Origin: an uncultured Verrucomicrobiales bacterium | GTDB lineage: Bacteria > Verrucomicrobiota > Verrucomicrobiia > Verrucomicrobiales > Akkermansiaceae | NCBI GenBank assembly: GCA_937128235.1 | Contig: CAKZMG010000213.1 | Span: forward strand, 13,255 to 77,254 | Direction: 5' to 3' | DNA length: 64,000 bases | Shown: one piece after another, positions 38,490-48,737 of the stretch | How the letters are laid out: each line of letters starts with the position of its first letter | Position numbering within the stretch: position 1 is the stretch's first letter | Translations under genes and position numbers: made by a program | Notes under the pieces: model-generated | What the model was told of the DNA's origin: nothing | What the model saw: the letters and a program-made list of their open reading frames with translations, nothing else | Database searches by the model: none

Positions 38490-40211
38490 CTACAAATCCC
38501 TATCGCGATATGTAGCGAAGGTTTTCCCTCTGAGTTTTGCTCGTTTAAGGTCTTTGCAAATATTGTCCGCATCACTGTCCTGTACTTGCACTAGGCAATG
38601 CTTAGGGAACATACGGATGCGTCCTAGTGAGCCATTTTTAATGCTGCACTCTGAGTAAATCATCCCAGCGATCTCACCAGGATTCACTCCTAGCTTACTT
38701 CCCAGACCTATGAACAACTGAGTCATGCCTTCCTTCAGCTCTGGATCTCTACGTCGTTCTCCCTCGCGTTTATGGCTGCGCTCTGAGCGCTCTCTTCCTC
38801 TGCCACCACGCTCAAATCTATCGTTTCTATCACCTCGGTCGCGGCGGTCATTTCTGTCCCTGCGATCATTCTTACCTCTATCGCCACCAGGTCTATCTTC
38901 TTGAATTTCCTGTCCTTCTCTGCCCTGTGTGTCACGGAGCTGAGAGAAGAGTGCAGAAGCAATATCTGTAGCAGTGTGACCCTGCTCTAACAGACGGTCG
39001 ATATAATGTTTGTAATCTTTAAATCCACCAGCTTCGATCTTCTCTTTCACGCTCTCGAAAAGTATATCTGCACGCTTACCTTCCACATCTTCCACAGTAG
39101 GGATGCGCTCACGGCGTATTTTCTGTCTAGTGAATCTCTCGATCCCTTGCAGACGATAAACATCTTTCCCAAACACAAAGCTCACCGCCTTACCTTCTCT
39201 CCCGGCACGACCAGTTCTACCCACACGGTGGATGTAGTCTTCAAAATCTTGTGGCAAATCATAGTTAAACACCGCATCCACCTCATCAATATCTAATCCG
39301 CGTGCAGCCACATCCGTAGCCACCAGAACCTCAACCGTGCCATCACGAAATCTCTTCAACACGCGCTCACGCATCTGTTGAGTCACATCACCGTGCAGAC
39401 GATCCGCTGCATAGCCACGAGCGAGAAGTGATTCCGTCACCTCATCCACATTGCGTTTAGTGTTACAGAAAACCACTGCCAGGCGAAGAGTCATCGTATC
39501 TAACAGACGTGAAAGAACTTCCACTTTAGAACGATTACGCACTTCATAATACATCTGATCAATCGCCTCAACCGTCCTAGTCTTTCTCTCCACTTCAACC
39601 GTTGCAGGATTTCTGCCGAACGTTTTGATCAGTCTCTCTACATTACGATTCATCGTAGCAGAGAAGAAAAGTGTTTGGCGTTTGCCTCTGATTTGACCGA
39701 GAATCTCTTCCATATCCTCACGGAATCCCATGTCAAGCATGCGGTCCGCTTCATCCAGAATCACTAATTTAAGATCATCTGTCCTGAGTGTGCCACGACG
39801 CAAATGATCCATCAGGCGTCCAGGAGTTCCCACCACCATTTGTGAACCTCGCAGACCCTTTATCTGACGGTCTATAGGAGCACCACCATAGACAGGCACT
39901 GCTTTCATTGATGGTAAAAGTTTACCAAGTCGCTGCACCTCCTCACATACCTGAACACACAGTTCACGAGTCGGAGAAAGAATGAGCACCTGTGGTTTCG
40001 CAGTCTGGAGGTCGATCATATCGAGTGCCGGCAGAGTAAATGCGGCAGTCTTACCTGATCCAGTCTCAGAGAGACCCACGATGTCTTCTCCATTGAGAAT
40101 GCGTGGGATAGCGAGTTCTTGAATTTGTGATGGATGCTCGAACCCAAGTGAGTTCACAGCATCGAGTAATGGCTTGGAGAGACCTAAGCTCTCAAAGGAT
40201 GTATCGTTCAT
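38490..40211 (-). CDS. deaD: DEAD-box RNA helicase with DbpA-type C-terminal RNA-binding domain
   Basis: Q motif, [25 protein letters not shown]-rich linker, DbpA domain. Confidence 0.9.
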   Translation of the reverse strand: MNDTSFESLGLSKPLLDAVNSLGFEHPSQIQELAIPRILNGEDIVGLSETGSGKTAAFTLPALDMIDLQTAKPQVLILSPTRELCVQVCEEVQRLGKLLPSMKAVPVYGGAPIDRQIKGLRGSQMVVGTPGRLMDHLRRGTLRTDDLKLVILDEADRMLDMGFREDMEEILGQIRGKRQTLFFSATMNRNVERLIKTFGRNPATVEVERKTRTVEAIDQMYYEVRNRSKVEVLSRLLDTMTLRLAVVFCNTKRNVDEVTESLLARGYAADRLHGDVTQQMRERVLKRFRDGTVEVLVATDVAARGLDIDEVDAVFNYDLPQDFEDYIHRVGRTGRAGREGKAVSFVFGKDVYRLQGIERFTRQKIRRERIPTVEDVEGKRADILFESVKEKIEAGGFKDYKHYIDRLLEQGHTATDIASALFSQLRDTQGREGQEIQEDRPGGDRGKNDRRDRNDRRDRGDRNDRFERGGRGRERSERSHKREGERRRDPELKEGMTQLFIGLGSKLGVNPGEIAGMIYSECSIKNGSLGRIRMFPKHCLVQVQDSDADNICKDLKRAKLRGKTFATYRDRDL

Positions 40212-40451
40212 AGTATAATAATGTGTCGGTTATTTCCCCTTCAATTCTTCGTAGGGAATTATGCCGCACATGATCTACCTGCACCTTATTTACCAAGATG
40301 ATAACCTATCAATTAGCGGCTCCAGAAGCTCCTCTTGAACCTCTAACAATTCCTCCTTGAGGGCAAAGCACTGAAATTGCAACCTTTATCTAGGTTTTTT
40401 TGATTCTTCTTCCTTCTTGATTCACTTGTCACAGTTTGCCAATATCAATCT

Positions 40452-41990
40452 ATGGCTGGATCCGTTGACCTACATAAAATTTCTAGATTCGCAAATTTAG
40501 CAATCCCCTCTATGGCTGTCTTGTTCTTCTTAGGCGGACATTACCTGAGTTTCTATTTTCATTTTCTAACAGTCACCTTTTTACTCCTCACACTAGTAAA
40601 CCTTTTCTACCTCTTCATTCAGAAAAAACACACCTTACTTCGTAACTTTGGCATCCTCGGTCAGGCTCGCTATATCATAGAGAGCATCGGCCCGGAGATG
40701 AGGCAATACCTCTTCGCGAACGATACCGAGGAACGTCCATTTAACCGCATCGAACGCTCTGAGATTTATCGCAAATCAAAAGGAATCGATGCCGCTTCAG
40801 CATTTGGGTCGCAGCTAAATTTCGACAATGCTGAGGTGAAAATTCGTCACTCAATGTATCCTGTAGATAAAGCGGACATAAAGCCATACTCACTCACTTT
40901 TGGTGAGGAACGCGGACTTGAGAATAGCTACACCATCACTAAGCCATACATGGTCAGCGCGATGAGTTATGGAGCACTCGGAGAGAAGGCAGTGCGTGCG
41001 CTTTCTAGAGGTGCCCGCATGGCTGGCATCGCTATGAACACTGGCGAAGGAGGAACTCCAAAATACCACATGGCAGAAGGTGGCGAGCTGATTTTCCAGA
41101 TGGGGACCGCTAAGTTTGGCGTTAGAAATGATGACGGCTCACTCAATGATGATAAGCTAAGAAAACTCTGCGCAGAGCCCACTATCAAGATGGTAGAAAT
41201 AAAACTCTCTCAAGGTGCCAAGCCAGGCAAAGGCGGATTACTACCCAAAGAAAAAATAACTAAAGAAATCTCTGAGCTGCGCGGAGTGCCTATGGGAAAA
41301 GACGTAGTCTCCCCTGCCCATCACATAGAATGTGTCTGTAAGAAAACCACAGTAGCATTCATTAAACGTGTGCAAGACATCGCTATGATTCCAGTGGGTA
41401 TTAAACTCTGTATCGGCAAGACATCTGACTTCCTTGAAATGGTGTTAGAAATGAAAGCTCAGAATATCTTCCCAGATTTCATCGCGGTCGATGGCGCTGA
41501 AGGCGGCACAGGAGCAGCACCTAAGGCATTTATGGATGGCTACGGAATGCCGCTTTTGCCCGCGCTCTATTCTGTGAATAAAATCCTAGTTCGTGAAGGA
41601 GTGCGGGATAAAACCAAGATCATTGCAGCAGGTAAACTTATTAATTCTAGCAGGCAGTTCATCGCCTTAGCACTTGGAGCAGACGCTATCTACTCCGCCC
41701 GTGGCTTCATGCTCTCACTCGGTTGCATTCAGGCGATGCTCTGTGGCAACAACACCTGCCCGGTAGGCATCACCACCCATGATCCTTCACTTCAGAAAGG
41801 ACTCATTGTAGAAGAAAAAGCAAAACGTATAGCAAATTATGTGCATGGGCTGGAGCACGATTTCTATGAAATGCTTGCCGCATCTGGTATCCGAGACACT
41901 AAGGATATAAAAATAGATCAACTCTACATTCCAGAAGATACAGCCTTAGCTGGACAGATCAAGGCACTGCTCAATAATCCTAACCTCTAA
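40452..41990 (+). CDS. FMN-binding glutamate synthase family protein
   Basis: SAMSYGAL, NTGEGG, EIKLSQGAKPGKGG, DGAEGGTGAAP, CX5CX4CPVG. Confidence 0.92.
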   Translation: MAGSVDLHKISRFANLAIPSMAVLFFLGGHYLSFYFHFLTVTFLLLTLVNLFYLFIQKKHTLLRNFGILGQARYIIESIGPEMRQYLFANDTEERPFNRIERSEIYRKSKGIDAASAFGSQLNFDNAEVKIRHSMYPVDKADIKPYSLTFGEERGLENSYTITKPYMVSAMSYGALGEKAVRALSRGARMAGIAMNTGEGGTPKYHMAEGGELIFQMGTAKFGVRNDDGSLNDDKLRKLCAEPTIKMVEIKLSQGAKPGKGGLLPKEKITKEISELRGVPMGKDVVSPAHHIECVCKKTTVAFIKRVQDIAMIPVGIKLCIGKTSDFLEMVLEMKAQNIFPDFIAVDGAEGGTGAAPKAFMDGYGMPLLPALYSVNKILVREGVRDKTKIIAAGKLINSSRQFIALALGADAIYSARGFMLSLGCIQAMLCGNNTCPVGITTHDPSLQKGLIVEEKAKRIANYVHGLEHDFYEMLAASGIRDTKDIKIDQLYIPEDTALAGQIKALLNNPNL

Positions 41991-42012
41991 ATTCACCTCG
42001 CATAAATTTAAA

Positions 42013-42396
42013 ATGAACCGCTCATCACTCATCATCAGCTGGATTCTTCAGTTAAGCATCGCAGCTATATTTATCCCCACTGCGTATTTTAAACTTACGG
42101 GTAATCCAGAATCTGTCGCATTATTTAGCAAACTAGGAATGGAGCCAACAGGTCGATACGTCATTGGCTTTTTGGAAGCCGCAGCATGTGGACTTTTATT
42201 AAATCCAAATTCAGCCGTCCACGGTGCTATCCTTACCCTTGGCATCATGATGGGTGCAGTGATCGCACACAGTAGTAAAATTGGGTTTTCGGATGGTGTG
42301 TTTGGTTACATCGCCATCGCGCTAGTCATCGTCTCATCAGCGATTATTTTTATTAGACGAAAGCAGATCAAAAGCATCGCCAGAATGCTAAGTTAA
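42013..42396 (+). CDS. DoxX-family membrane protein
   Basis: FKLTGNPES...GRYVIGFLE...MMGAVIAH; four TM helices. Confidence 0.85.
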   Translation: MNRSSLIISWILQLSIAAIFIPTAYFKLTGNPESVALFSKLGMEPTGRYVIGFLEAAACGLLLNPNSAVHGAILTLGIMMGAVIAHSSKIGFSDGVFGYIAIALVIVSSAIIFIRRKQIKSIARMLS

Positions 42397-42556
42397 GGGA
42401 GCTTCTGGCAACCTGCTTTATGACAGATGCGTAGGAGAAATTTTCATTTTCAAGGCGGAAAAAGACCCGCTATCCAAAGATAATGGTTCTTTTTCTAACG
42501 AAGAAAATGGAAATTCTAACAAGTAGATGGCATAAATGAGGTTGCCAGAAATTCCC
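42397..42556 (-). mobile_element. 160-bp MITE, copy 2 (inverted)
   Basis: Reverse-complement near-match to 19257-19416; TTAA duplication on both sides. Confidence 0.9.
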
Positions 42557-42575
42557 TTAATGCTTACATACACGT

Positions 42576-43199
42576 ATGAAATCTGAATCATCATCCCCTG
42601 CATCAACTCGCTTAGGAATGCTACTACTCGTATCTGGACCTTCCGGATCTGGTAAAACAACGTTATGCCGCAGAGCTGCGGATGCAGGACTCGCCAGCTA
42701 CGCCACCTCATGCACCACCCGTGCACCACGCCCGGGAGAAGTCCACGGCACAGACTACTTTTTCCTCAGCACAGATGAATTTAAACAGAAGATCAGCGAT
42801 GACGATCTGTTAGAATACGCAGAAGTTCATGGGAACTTTTATGGAACACTCAAATCAGAAGTATTCACCCACATCGAAGCTGGCACAGATGTCGTGATGG
42901 ACATCGATGTCCAAGGTGCGGAGCAGATCAGAAACTGTGATGACCCGATCATTCAGCAAGCACTCGTGGAGCTATTTGTCATGCCTGGAACTGAGGCAGA
43001 ACTCCGCGCCCGTCTCACTGGCAGAGGCACTGATAGTGACGAGATCATTGAGACAAGAATGAAAAACTCCCTAGAAGAAATGGAACACTGGGACAAATAC
43101 ACCTATCTCCTCCTCTCCAGTGACAGAGAAACCGACTACCAAAAATTCCAAGCCATCCTCAGCGCAGAAGCCCTCAGCGTGAGCAGGTTGTTAGATTAG
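42576..43199 (+). CDS. gmk: Guanylate kinase
   Basis: SGPSGSGKT, TTRAPRPGEVHGTDYFF, EYAEVHGNFYGT. Confidence 0.96.
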   Translation: MKSESSSPASTRLGMLLLVSGPSGSGKTTLCRRAADAGLASYATSCTTRAPRPGEVHGTDYFFLSTDEFKQKISDDDLLEYAEVHGNFYGTLKSEVFTHIEAGTDVVMDIDVQGAEQIRNCDDPIIQQALVELFVMPGTEAELRARLTGRGTDSDEIIETRMKNSLEEMEHWDKYTYLLLSSDRETDYQKFQAILSAEALSVSRLLD

Positions 43200-43207
43200 A
43201 TCACACC

Positions 43208-43540
43208 ATGAACAAAGAAAATATCCCTGCATCTATGGAAATTGCAAAAGATGTAACGGACAGTGAATTTAAAAAAGCCAGATTCCAATCAAGACTGACT
43301 TGGGTCATTACTTTTTCAGTTCCACTAGCTGCATTCTTGTATTGGTTGCTAGTTGACGCCTCTTTTTTCCATTCAAATAATGCTCCCCCTTATAGATTAG
43401 CTATCGTATGGGGTATTCTGGCGAATAGAGTAGCCTATTTCATATTTAAGGATGGACGCAAAATGGGAAGCTTGCGAATGCAACAGTATGTCAAATTAAA
43501 GAAGTTCCGATTAGCCAGAGAAAAGTCTAAATCCTTGTAG
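43208..43540 (+). CDS. Small membrane hypothetical protein
   Basis: Two TM helices; 8 bp after gmk. Confidence 0.55.
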   Translation: MNKENIPASMEIAKDVTDSEFKKARFQSRLTWVITFSVPLAAFLYWLLVDASFFHSNNAPPYRLAIVWGILANRVAYFIFKDGRKMGSLRMQQYVKLKKFRLAREKSKSL

Positions 43541-44270
43541 CCTCAAACAACTTATCCTTCCCTTTGTAGCCCTCAGGATCAACATTATACCACGTGCTGT
43601 CAGCGATGCGTTGTTTATCATACGGTGGTGCGAAAATATCGACTAACTGAGTAAACTCCTTAGCCGCAACTCGGTGAATATTTCTCTCCTTAGCAGTCAG
43701 CGTAGAAACCTTACCCTTAGCTAGCATAGCATGGCTTGTTTGCTTCAGAAGCACGTCCTTCTTATTCTCTTTCTCGGCAAATAAATCATAATTCCAGACC
43801 TCTACCTCACCAGTAGCACACAGCAGCACGCCCGTCATCTCGGGGTGATCATGGTGCAAGATCTCCTCATTTTTCTCAAACTGAACTAGCGTCACATGAT
43901 AATCTATCTGCTTCTCTAGCGGAGCAAAATCCACGCGACCATTACCCACACCTTTTTCCTTCACATTCTTAAATGCCTTAGCCAAGCTCGGATCTTTTAA
44001 GTCCAGTCTGGCCGCAATCGCGGAAGCCTGCTTCACATACTCCAGCTCATTCCAGCTATCCAGATGCTGTTTCTTAGCTTCTATTTCAATAGCAGAGAGA
44101 AACGCGTCCCAATTAATAGAACCATCCGCCTTCAGGCGTCCCTGATACGCATTCGCACGCGTAGCAAAAGCCGTAATCGCAGGCAATGCCATCGAAATCC
44201 CCAGGAAACCAGGAATAGAAGTCTTTATGAAATGTCGTCTGTCATACTCGTCCATGAGATGACTATACAT
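43527..44270 (-). CDS. Tat-signal cupin, PCO/ADO-type thiol dioxygenase-like
   Basis: DRRHFIK twin-arginine leader; HHDHPEMT, NIH and VDIFAPPY match the PCO/ADO signature. Confidence 0.7.
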   Translation of the reverse strand: MYSHLMDEYDRRHFIKTSIPGFLGISMALPAITAFATRANAYQGRLKADGSINWDAFLSAIEIEAKKQHLDSWNELEYVKQASAIAARLDLKDPSLAKAFKNVKEKGVGNGRVDFAPLEKQIDYHVTLVQFEKNEEILHHDHPEMTGVLLCATGEVEVWNYDLFAEKENKKDVLLKQTSHAMLAKGKVSTLTAKERNIHRVAAKEFTQLVDIFAPPYDKQRIADSTWYNVDPEGYKGKDKLFEATRI

Positions 44271-44300
44271 TCCCCTTCACTTCAGAGCAAGGAACATTCA

Positions 44301-45302
44301 TCAGAGCCCAAAGCTCCGCTTCACCGCATCTCGCTTTAGCCCTAGTTCACGCCATTCATTCACTAGACGAGATGCCTCTATCACTCCGCAGCCAGATGGG
44401 ATAGAAATTTCATCACCACCCCAATGAAGCCCACGAATGGTCACTACCGCATGAAATATCCCATCCTCAAACACTCCGAACGGAGCACCAAAATAGGCAG
44501 GGCAATCTAACATTTCTCTCCAGCGGATCAGATCCTCCATCGTCTGTTGCGTTCTGGGTAATGGGCCAAGTGCTGGCGTGGGATGGAGTCTTCTTATCAA
44601 ATCATCGATGTTTTTATCTCCATAAAGAAAGACCTCAATAGGCGTATGGAAATGCACCAGTGAGCCCAGATCTAGAATACTCCGTTCACTCTTAGTCACC
44701 ATCCCGATGTCTGACAACTTGGAAACCAGGGTCTGTGCCACGAACTCATGCTCACGAATCTCCTTCTCATCCACTGAGAACACCTGCTGCTCATCCGCCA
44801 TCGCAGTCCCTGCCAGTGCCATTGTGTTGAGTCTTCCTTTACGTAAATTAAATAAAACCTCCGGAGTCAGTCCGCAGAACCCAGAATCTCCCCGAACCCA
44901 TGCGTAAGGGAAAAATGCTTTTTCTGAGGTATTTAGTGATCCTAGTAAGTTCTTTGGATTTCCAGAAACAATCTCACCCTGCTCAGCTGCCACTGGCACA
45001 GATTTTTCAATTTCACCTTTGCTGATCGCCTGATTTATCTCAGAAAACACCTTCGCAAAGCCAGTCGGAGCGAGTTCTTCCCATGCAACTTTCAGATTAC
45101 CTTCTTCACCAGGAACAGACTCTATTTCTCTTGCTGTATGTGGTATTTTCCAAGGTTTAGGATCAGTCAGAGCGAAATCATTCACATAAAATGCCACACC
45201 ATATTGCGGACAAGACTCCATCTCAGTGAAGGGTCCCTCACCGTAGAGGATCTTTCCATCCGCCTTCTTTAGAATGGCATAATCTGTCGCCGTTGCGCTC
45301 AT
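44301..45302 (-). CDS. Chorismate-binding protein (isochorismate synthase-like)
   Basis: LTPEVLF, MALAGT, KEIREH, LHPTPALG, SGCGV. Confidence 0.8.
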   Translation of the reverse strand: MSATATDYAILKKADGKILYGEGPFTEMESCPQYGVAFYVNDFALTDPKPWKIPHTAREIESVPGEEGNLKVAWEELAPTGFAKVFSEINQAISKGEIEKSVPVAAEQGEIVSGNPKNLLGSLNTSEKAFFPYAWVRGDSGFCGLTPEVLFNLRKGRLNTMALAGTAMADEQQVFSVDEKEIREHEFVAQTLVSKLSDIGMVTKSERSILDLGSLVHFHTPIEVFLYGDKNIDDLIRRLHPTPALGPLPRTQQTMEDLIRWREMLDCPAYFGAPFGVFEDGIFHAVVTIRGLHWGGDEISIPSGCGVIEASRLVNEWRELGLKRDAVKRSFGL

Positions 45303-45464
45303 CGGGTGCTAATAAATCTTACCTCTGGCAAATCTCCAAGCACATTCCAAATTCATTTAGGGTAAACGAAACTGAGCCTGTTGTTGAAGAGAATTTTATT
45401 AATTTTAGTGAAATAACTATATTTGTCTTGATTTATCATCGGTTCTGTCTAGTTTCCGCCTCCC

Positions 45465-45674
45465 ATGGCCAGAAAATCAGGAAAAGCCAAGACACGTAAG
45501 TCAGTAGCAAAACGTTTCAAGGTAACTGGTACTGGTAAATTACTCCGCCGAAAGCAGGGCAAGCGCCACATTCTTCAGAAGAAGAGTTCCAAGCGTAAGC
45601 GCGCTCTAGGTAAAGCAACATTGGCTTCTAAAGCCGATGCTCCAAGAATCAAGGAATCACTTCCTTTCCTCTAG
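45465..45674 (+). CDS. rpmI: 50S ribosomal protein L35
   Basis: [17 protein letters not shown]...GKRH. Confidence 0.97.
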   Translation: MARKSGKAKTRKSVAKRFKVTGTGKLLRRKQGKRHILQKKSSKRKRALGKATLASKADAPRIKESLPFL

Positions 45675-45854
45675 GAAGGTCACTAGACCAAGTAATTTAC
45701 TAATGCAGTTACACATGAAACGCTAGTCATCTGACCTAGCGCCCCTGCCCGCGATTCGGGCAGACTCTACACAGCCTTTTCAGCTCAGCTGGAATATTTC
45801 AGACGAGACTGTGGGAGATAGGATAAAAACAGTCTGTTAAAGAAAAATAGAACA

Positions 45855-46223
45855 ATGCCAAGAGCAACAAACAGTCCGGCATCACGCGCCCGCCGCAAGA
45901 GAGTACTTCTCCGTGCTAAGGGTTTCCGTGGTTTCCGTTCAAAGCTATACCGCTACGCGAAAGACGCTGTTATTAAAGCACGTCAATACGAATACCGTGA
46001 CCGCAAAAAGCGTAAGGGACAATTCCGCCGCCTCTGGATTCAGCGTATTTCCGCTGCATCTCGTGCGCAGGAGATCACTTACTCTCGCTTCATGGAAGGT
46101 GTGAAAGCAGCTAACATCGATGTGGATCGCAAGATCCTCGCTGACCTCGCAGTCAACGACATCTCTGCCTTCAACGCCATCGTAGAACTCGCTAAAGGTG
46201 CACTCGAAAAGAAGCACGCGTAA
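45855..46223 (+). CDS. rplT: 50S ribosomal protein L20
   Basis: MPRATN...AKGFRG...DRKKRKGQFRRLWIQRI. Confidence 0.98.
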   Translation: MPRATNSPASRARRKRVLLRAKGFRGFRSKLYRYAKDAVIKARQYEYRDRKKRKGQFRRLWIQRISAASRAQEITYSRFMEGVKAANIDVDRKILADLAVNDISAFNAIVELAKGALEKKHA

Positions 46224-46253
46224 TTAGCTAGACTAAACAACACAATACTTAAG

Positions 46254-46291
46254 AACAGCCGCTCGGAGAAATCCTTGCGGCTGTTTTATTT
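46254..46291 (+). terminator. Rho-independent terminator after rplT
   Basis: aacagccgc / gcggctgtt stem followed by a T-rich tail. Confidence 0.8.
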
Positions 46292-46377
46292 AGGAACGGG
46301 ATATTCGTGCAAAATGACAACACCGTTGATGGGCAAAAAGACAAGTCAAGTTGGGTAGTTTATTTTTGAGTGACTCC

Positions 46378-47250
46378 TTACACCCCTATCTTCCACACCC
46401 CGCGCTCCCAGAAAGCCTCAATGGTCTGGCGGTTCGCCTTGTTGAGAAGATTAGAGTGTGACTGCTTGCTCTGCTTCGCAAAGTCTGCGAGTTTGATGAT
46501 GCTCTTCCCTTCAAGATACGCTAGTCGCTTGTGGTAGCTATTGCTCAGTGCTCTGCCCACAATCTGCTCCATGATTTTTGTATCACCATTCTTATCGAAG
46601 GCATTAAATGCATCATAATATTGGGCACGATCGATAAATTTAATGTTAATTGGCACATGATTGTCACGGATGAGCATGTAGTTATTCAGCACTCTGCCGA
46701 TCCTGCCATTCCCATCTACAAATGGATGAATATGCTCAAACGTGAGATGTAACCTCGCGATACGCTTGATGATATTTTCCTCACTACTCAGCTTGTATTC
46801 AATCACCATTTCCTGAAGCAATCTGACCACATCCTTAGGATCAGCTGCTATATGCGCACCCACGCGCACCCATTCACCGTCATTGCGGAACCTGCCCGCA
46901 ATGTCATCACGAATATTACTAATAAGCATCTGATGCATCAGCATCAACACATCCAGCGTCAGCTCCGCATTCTTCGCCTTCTGATCAATATACTCCACCA
47001 CCCGCGCGAGATTCTTAGCCTCGAAGAGCTCTCGCTCACTGATAAAGCGATCCAGATCAATCTTCTGTAAGATCTTATCCGTCTCATCCAGCGTCAACGT
47101 ACTATTCTCTATCGCATTCGAGTTATACACCTGCTCAGTCACCTCTGACTCATAAATAATCTTCAAAAGGGACTCTTTACCCACACTCGCCTTTAGATAA
47201 CGCTGCTGAAGTCTCTTTATCCTACCCAATACCTGTGTTACATTTGCCAT
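46378..47250 (-). CDS. Fic-family protein (class II-like) with C-terminal HTH-like extension
   Basis: HPFVDGNGRIGR active motif; N-terminal inhibitory SNAIEN. Confidence 0.93.
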   Translation of the reverse strand: MANVTQVLGRIKRLQQRYLKASVGKESLLKIIYESEVTEQVYNSNAIENSTLTLDETDKILQKIDLDRFISERELFEAKNLARVVEYIDQKAKNAELTLDVLMLMHQMLISNIRDDIAGRFRNDGEWVRVGAHIAADPKDVVRLLQEMVIEYKLSSEENIIKRIARLHLTFEHIHPFVDGNGRIGRVLNNYMLIRDNHVPINIKFIDRAQYYDAFNAFDKNGDTKIMEQIVGRALSNSYHKRLAYLEGKSIIKLADFAKQSKQSHSNLLNKANRQTIEAFWERGVWKIGV

Positions 47251-47293
47251 AATTTCTATATCAGACTACCCTATATTCACTTTAAATCAATTC

Positions 47294-47408
47294 AATATCG
47301 TGAAAATATGCATAAAAACACTTCAATTCACGATATTAAACATTATTAAGATGAATATAATGCAATTAAAGCCAAAATTCACGATTATGTCAGATCGTAA
47401 ATACGATC
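47294..47408. promoter_or_regulatory. Operator-like repeats upstream of fic
   Basis: aatatcgtgaa 47294-47304 / ttcacgatatt 47327-47337 perfect 11-bp IR; third near-copy 47378-47388; gatcgta/tacgatc IR 47393-47408. Confidence 0.45.
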
Positions 47409-47612
47409 ACTTAAATCATGCAACTGAAAAGCTCAGACCATCAATAACTAACCTGCAATGATTTAGAAAAATTAGAACATGAAGGAGCAAATGACAAAAC
47501 AAATCGGCAACTTAAAAAGTAAATAATTAGTGAAAGAAATATCATTTTTTGCGTGCCAAATCTGCTAGAATATTGTCTCTAGTTAGTAGTTTATAATTTT
47601 ATCACCTTATAC

Positions 47613-48695
47613 ATGGCAGAAAACCACTTTTACGATCACGTTGACACTTATCTACAGATGGCTGTAGAATATGAAGCGTCAGACATTCACCTCACCACTG
47701 GCTTCCCGCCCGCTTGGCGCAGGCACGGCAACCTCCAGCCTATCTGGGATGATGCTGAGAACCTCACAAATGAACAAGTAGAAGTGCTTATAGATTCATT
47801 TCTAGACGACAAGGGCAAAGAAAAACTTGCTAGAATAGGTGACGCAGACTGCTCTTATGAGAACCAATTTGCTCGTTACCGTTGCTCTGTAGTGCAGCAT
47901 AGGCTAGGGAAAGGTATCGTTTTCCGTATTATTGATACCAATATCCGCACCATGCAAGACCTCAAGCTTCCCGAAGAATATCTTGTTCCCCTCACTCGTT
48001 ATCACAATGGTCTCATCCTCATTACAGGTTCTGTAGGATCTGGTAAATCTACCACCCTTGCAGGCATGGTGGACTTTATTAACAAAGATAGACGTGACCA
48101 CATCCTCAGTCTTGAGGATCCTATCGAATTCGTCCACACCCCACAAGGATGCCACATTAACCAACGTGAAATTGGTGAGCACTCTGAGTCATTCCCACGC
48201 GCTCTCCGCGCGGCACTTCGTGAGGACCCAGACGTCATTGTAGTAGGTGAAATGCGAAACCTAGAAACCATTCAGCTAGCCATCACTGCTGCTGAGACTG
48301 GTCACCTAGTTCTCGGGACCCTCCACACTGGTAACGCTCCTCGTACTCTGGATCGTATTCTTGACGTGTTCCCTATCGACCAACGAGGTCAGATCCGGGT
48401 CATGGTCGCAGAATCTCTGCGCGGCATCATTTCCCAGCAGCTCGTGCCAAATGCAGACGGTACAGGTCGCTGCCTAGCACTAGAAATTCTAGTGAACAGC
48501 CCCGCGGTAGCCGCCACCATTCGTGACGGAAAGACCTTCATGCTCCCAGGCATCATGCAGACAGGTAAAAACATCGGCATGACCACTATGGACGAGTCAC
48601 TGCGGGATCTCTACATATCTGGACAAGTCACAGCAGAAGAAGTACTTCACCGCTGTGAAGACAGATCAGTCATGAGAGATTTCCTCAAATCATAA
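47613..48695 (+). CDS. pilT: Type IV pilus retraction ATPase PilT
   Basis: ASDIHL, GSVGSGKST, EDPIEF, LREDPDVIVVGEMR, GHLVLGTLH. Confidence 0.93.
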   Translation: MAENHFYDHVDTYLQMAVEYEASDIHLTTGFPPAWRRHGNLQPIWDDAENLTNEQVEVLIDSFLDDKGKEKLARIGDADCSYENQFARYRCSVVQHRLGKGIVFRIIDTNIRTMQDLKLPEEYLVPLTRYHNGLILITGSVGSGKSTTLAGMVDFINKDRRDHILSLEDPIEFVHTPQGCHINQREIGEHSESFPRALRAALREDPDVIVVGEMRNLETIQLAITAAETGHLVLGTLHTGNAPRTLDRILDVFPIDQRGQIRVMVAESLRGIISQQLVPNADGTGRCLALEILVNSPAVAATIRDGKTFMLPGIMQTGKNIGMTTMDESLRDLYISGQVTAEEVLHRCEDRSVMRDFLKS

Positions 48696-48737
48696 TTCAT
48701 CCACTTTTAAACTACCCTTATTTAACCACTTTATCCT

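Noticed and set aside
40318-40336. Fragment resembling the MITE terminal repeat (ccagaagctcc)
   Set aside because: Only 11 bp match, with no partner TIR or TSD
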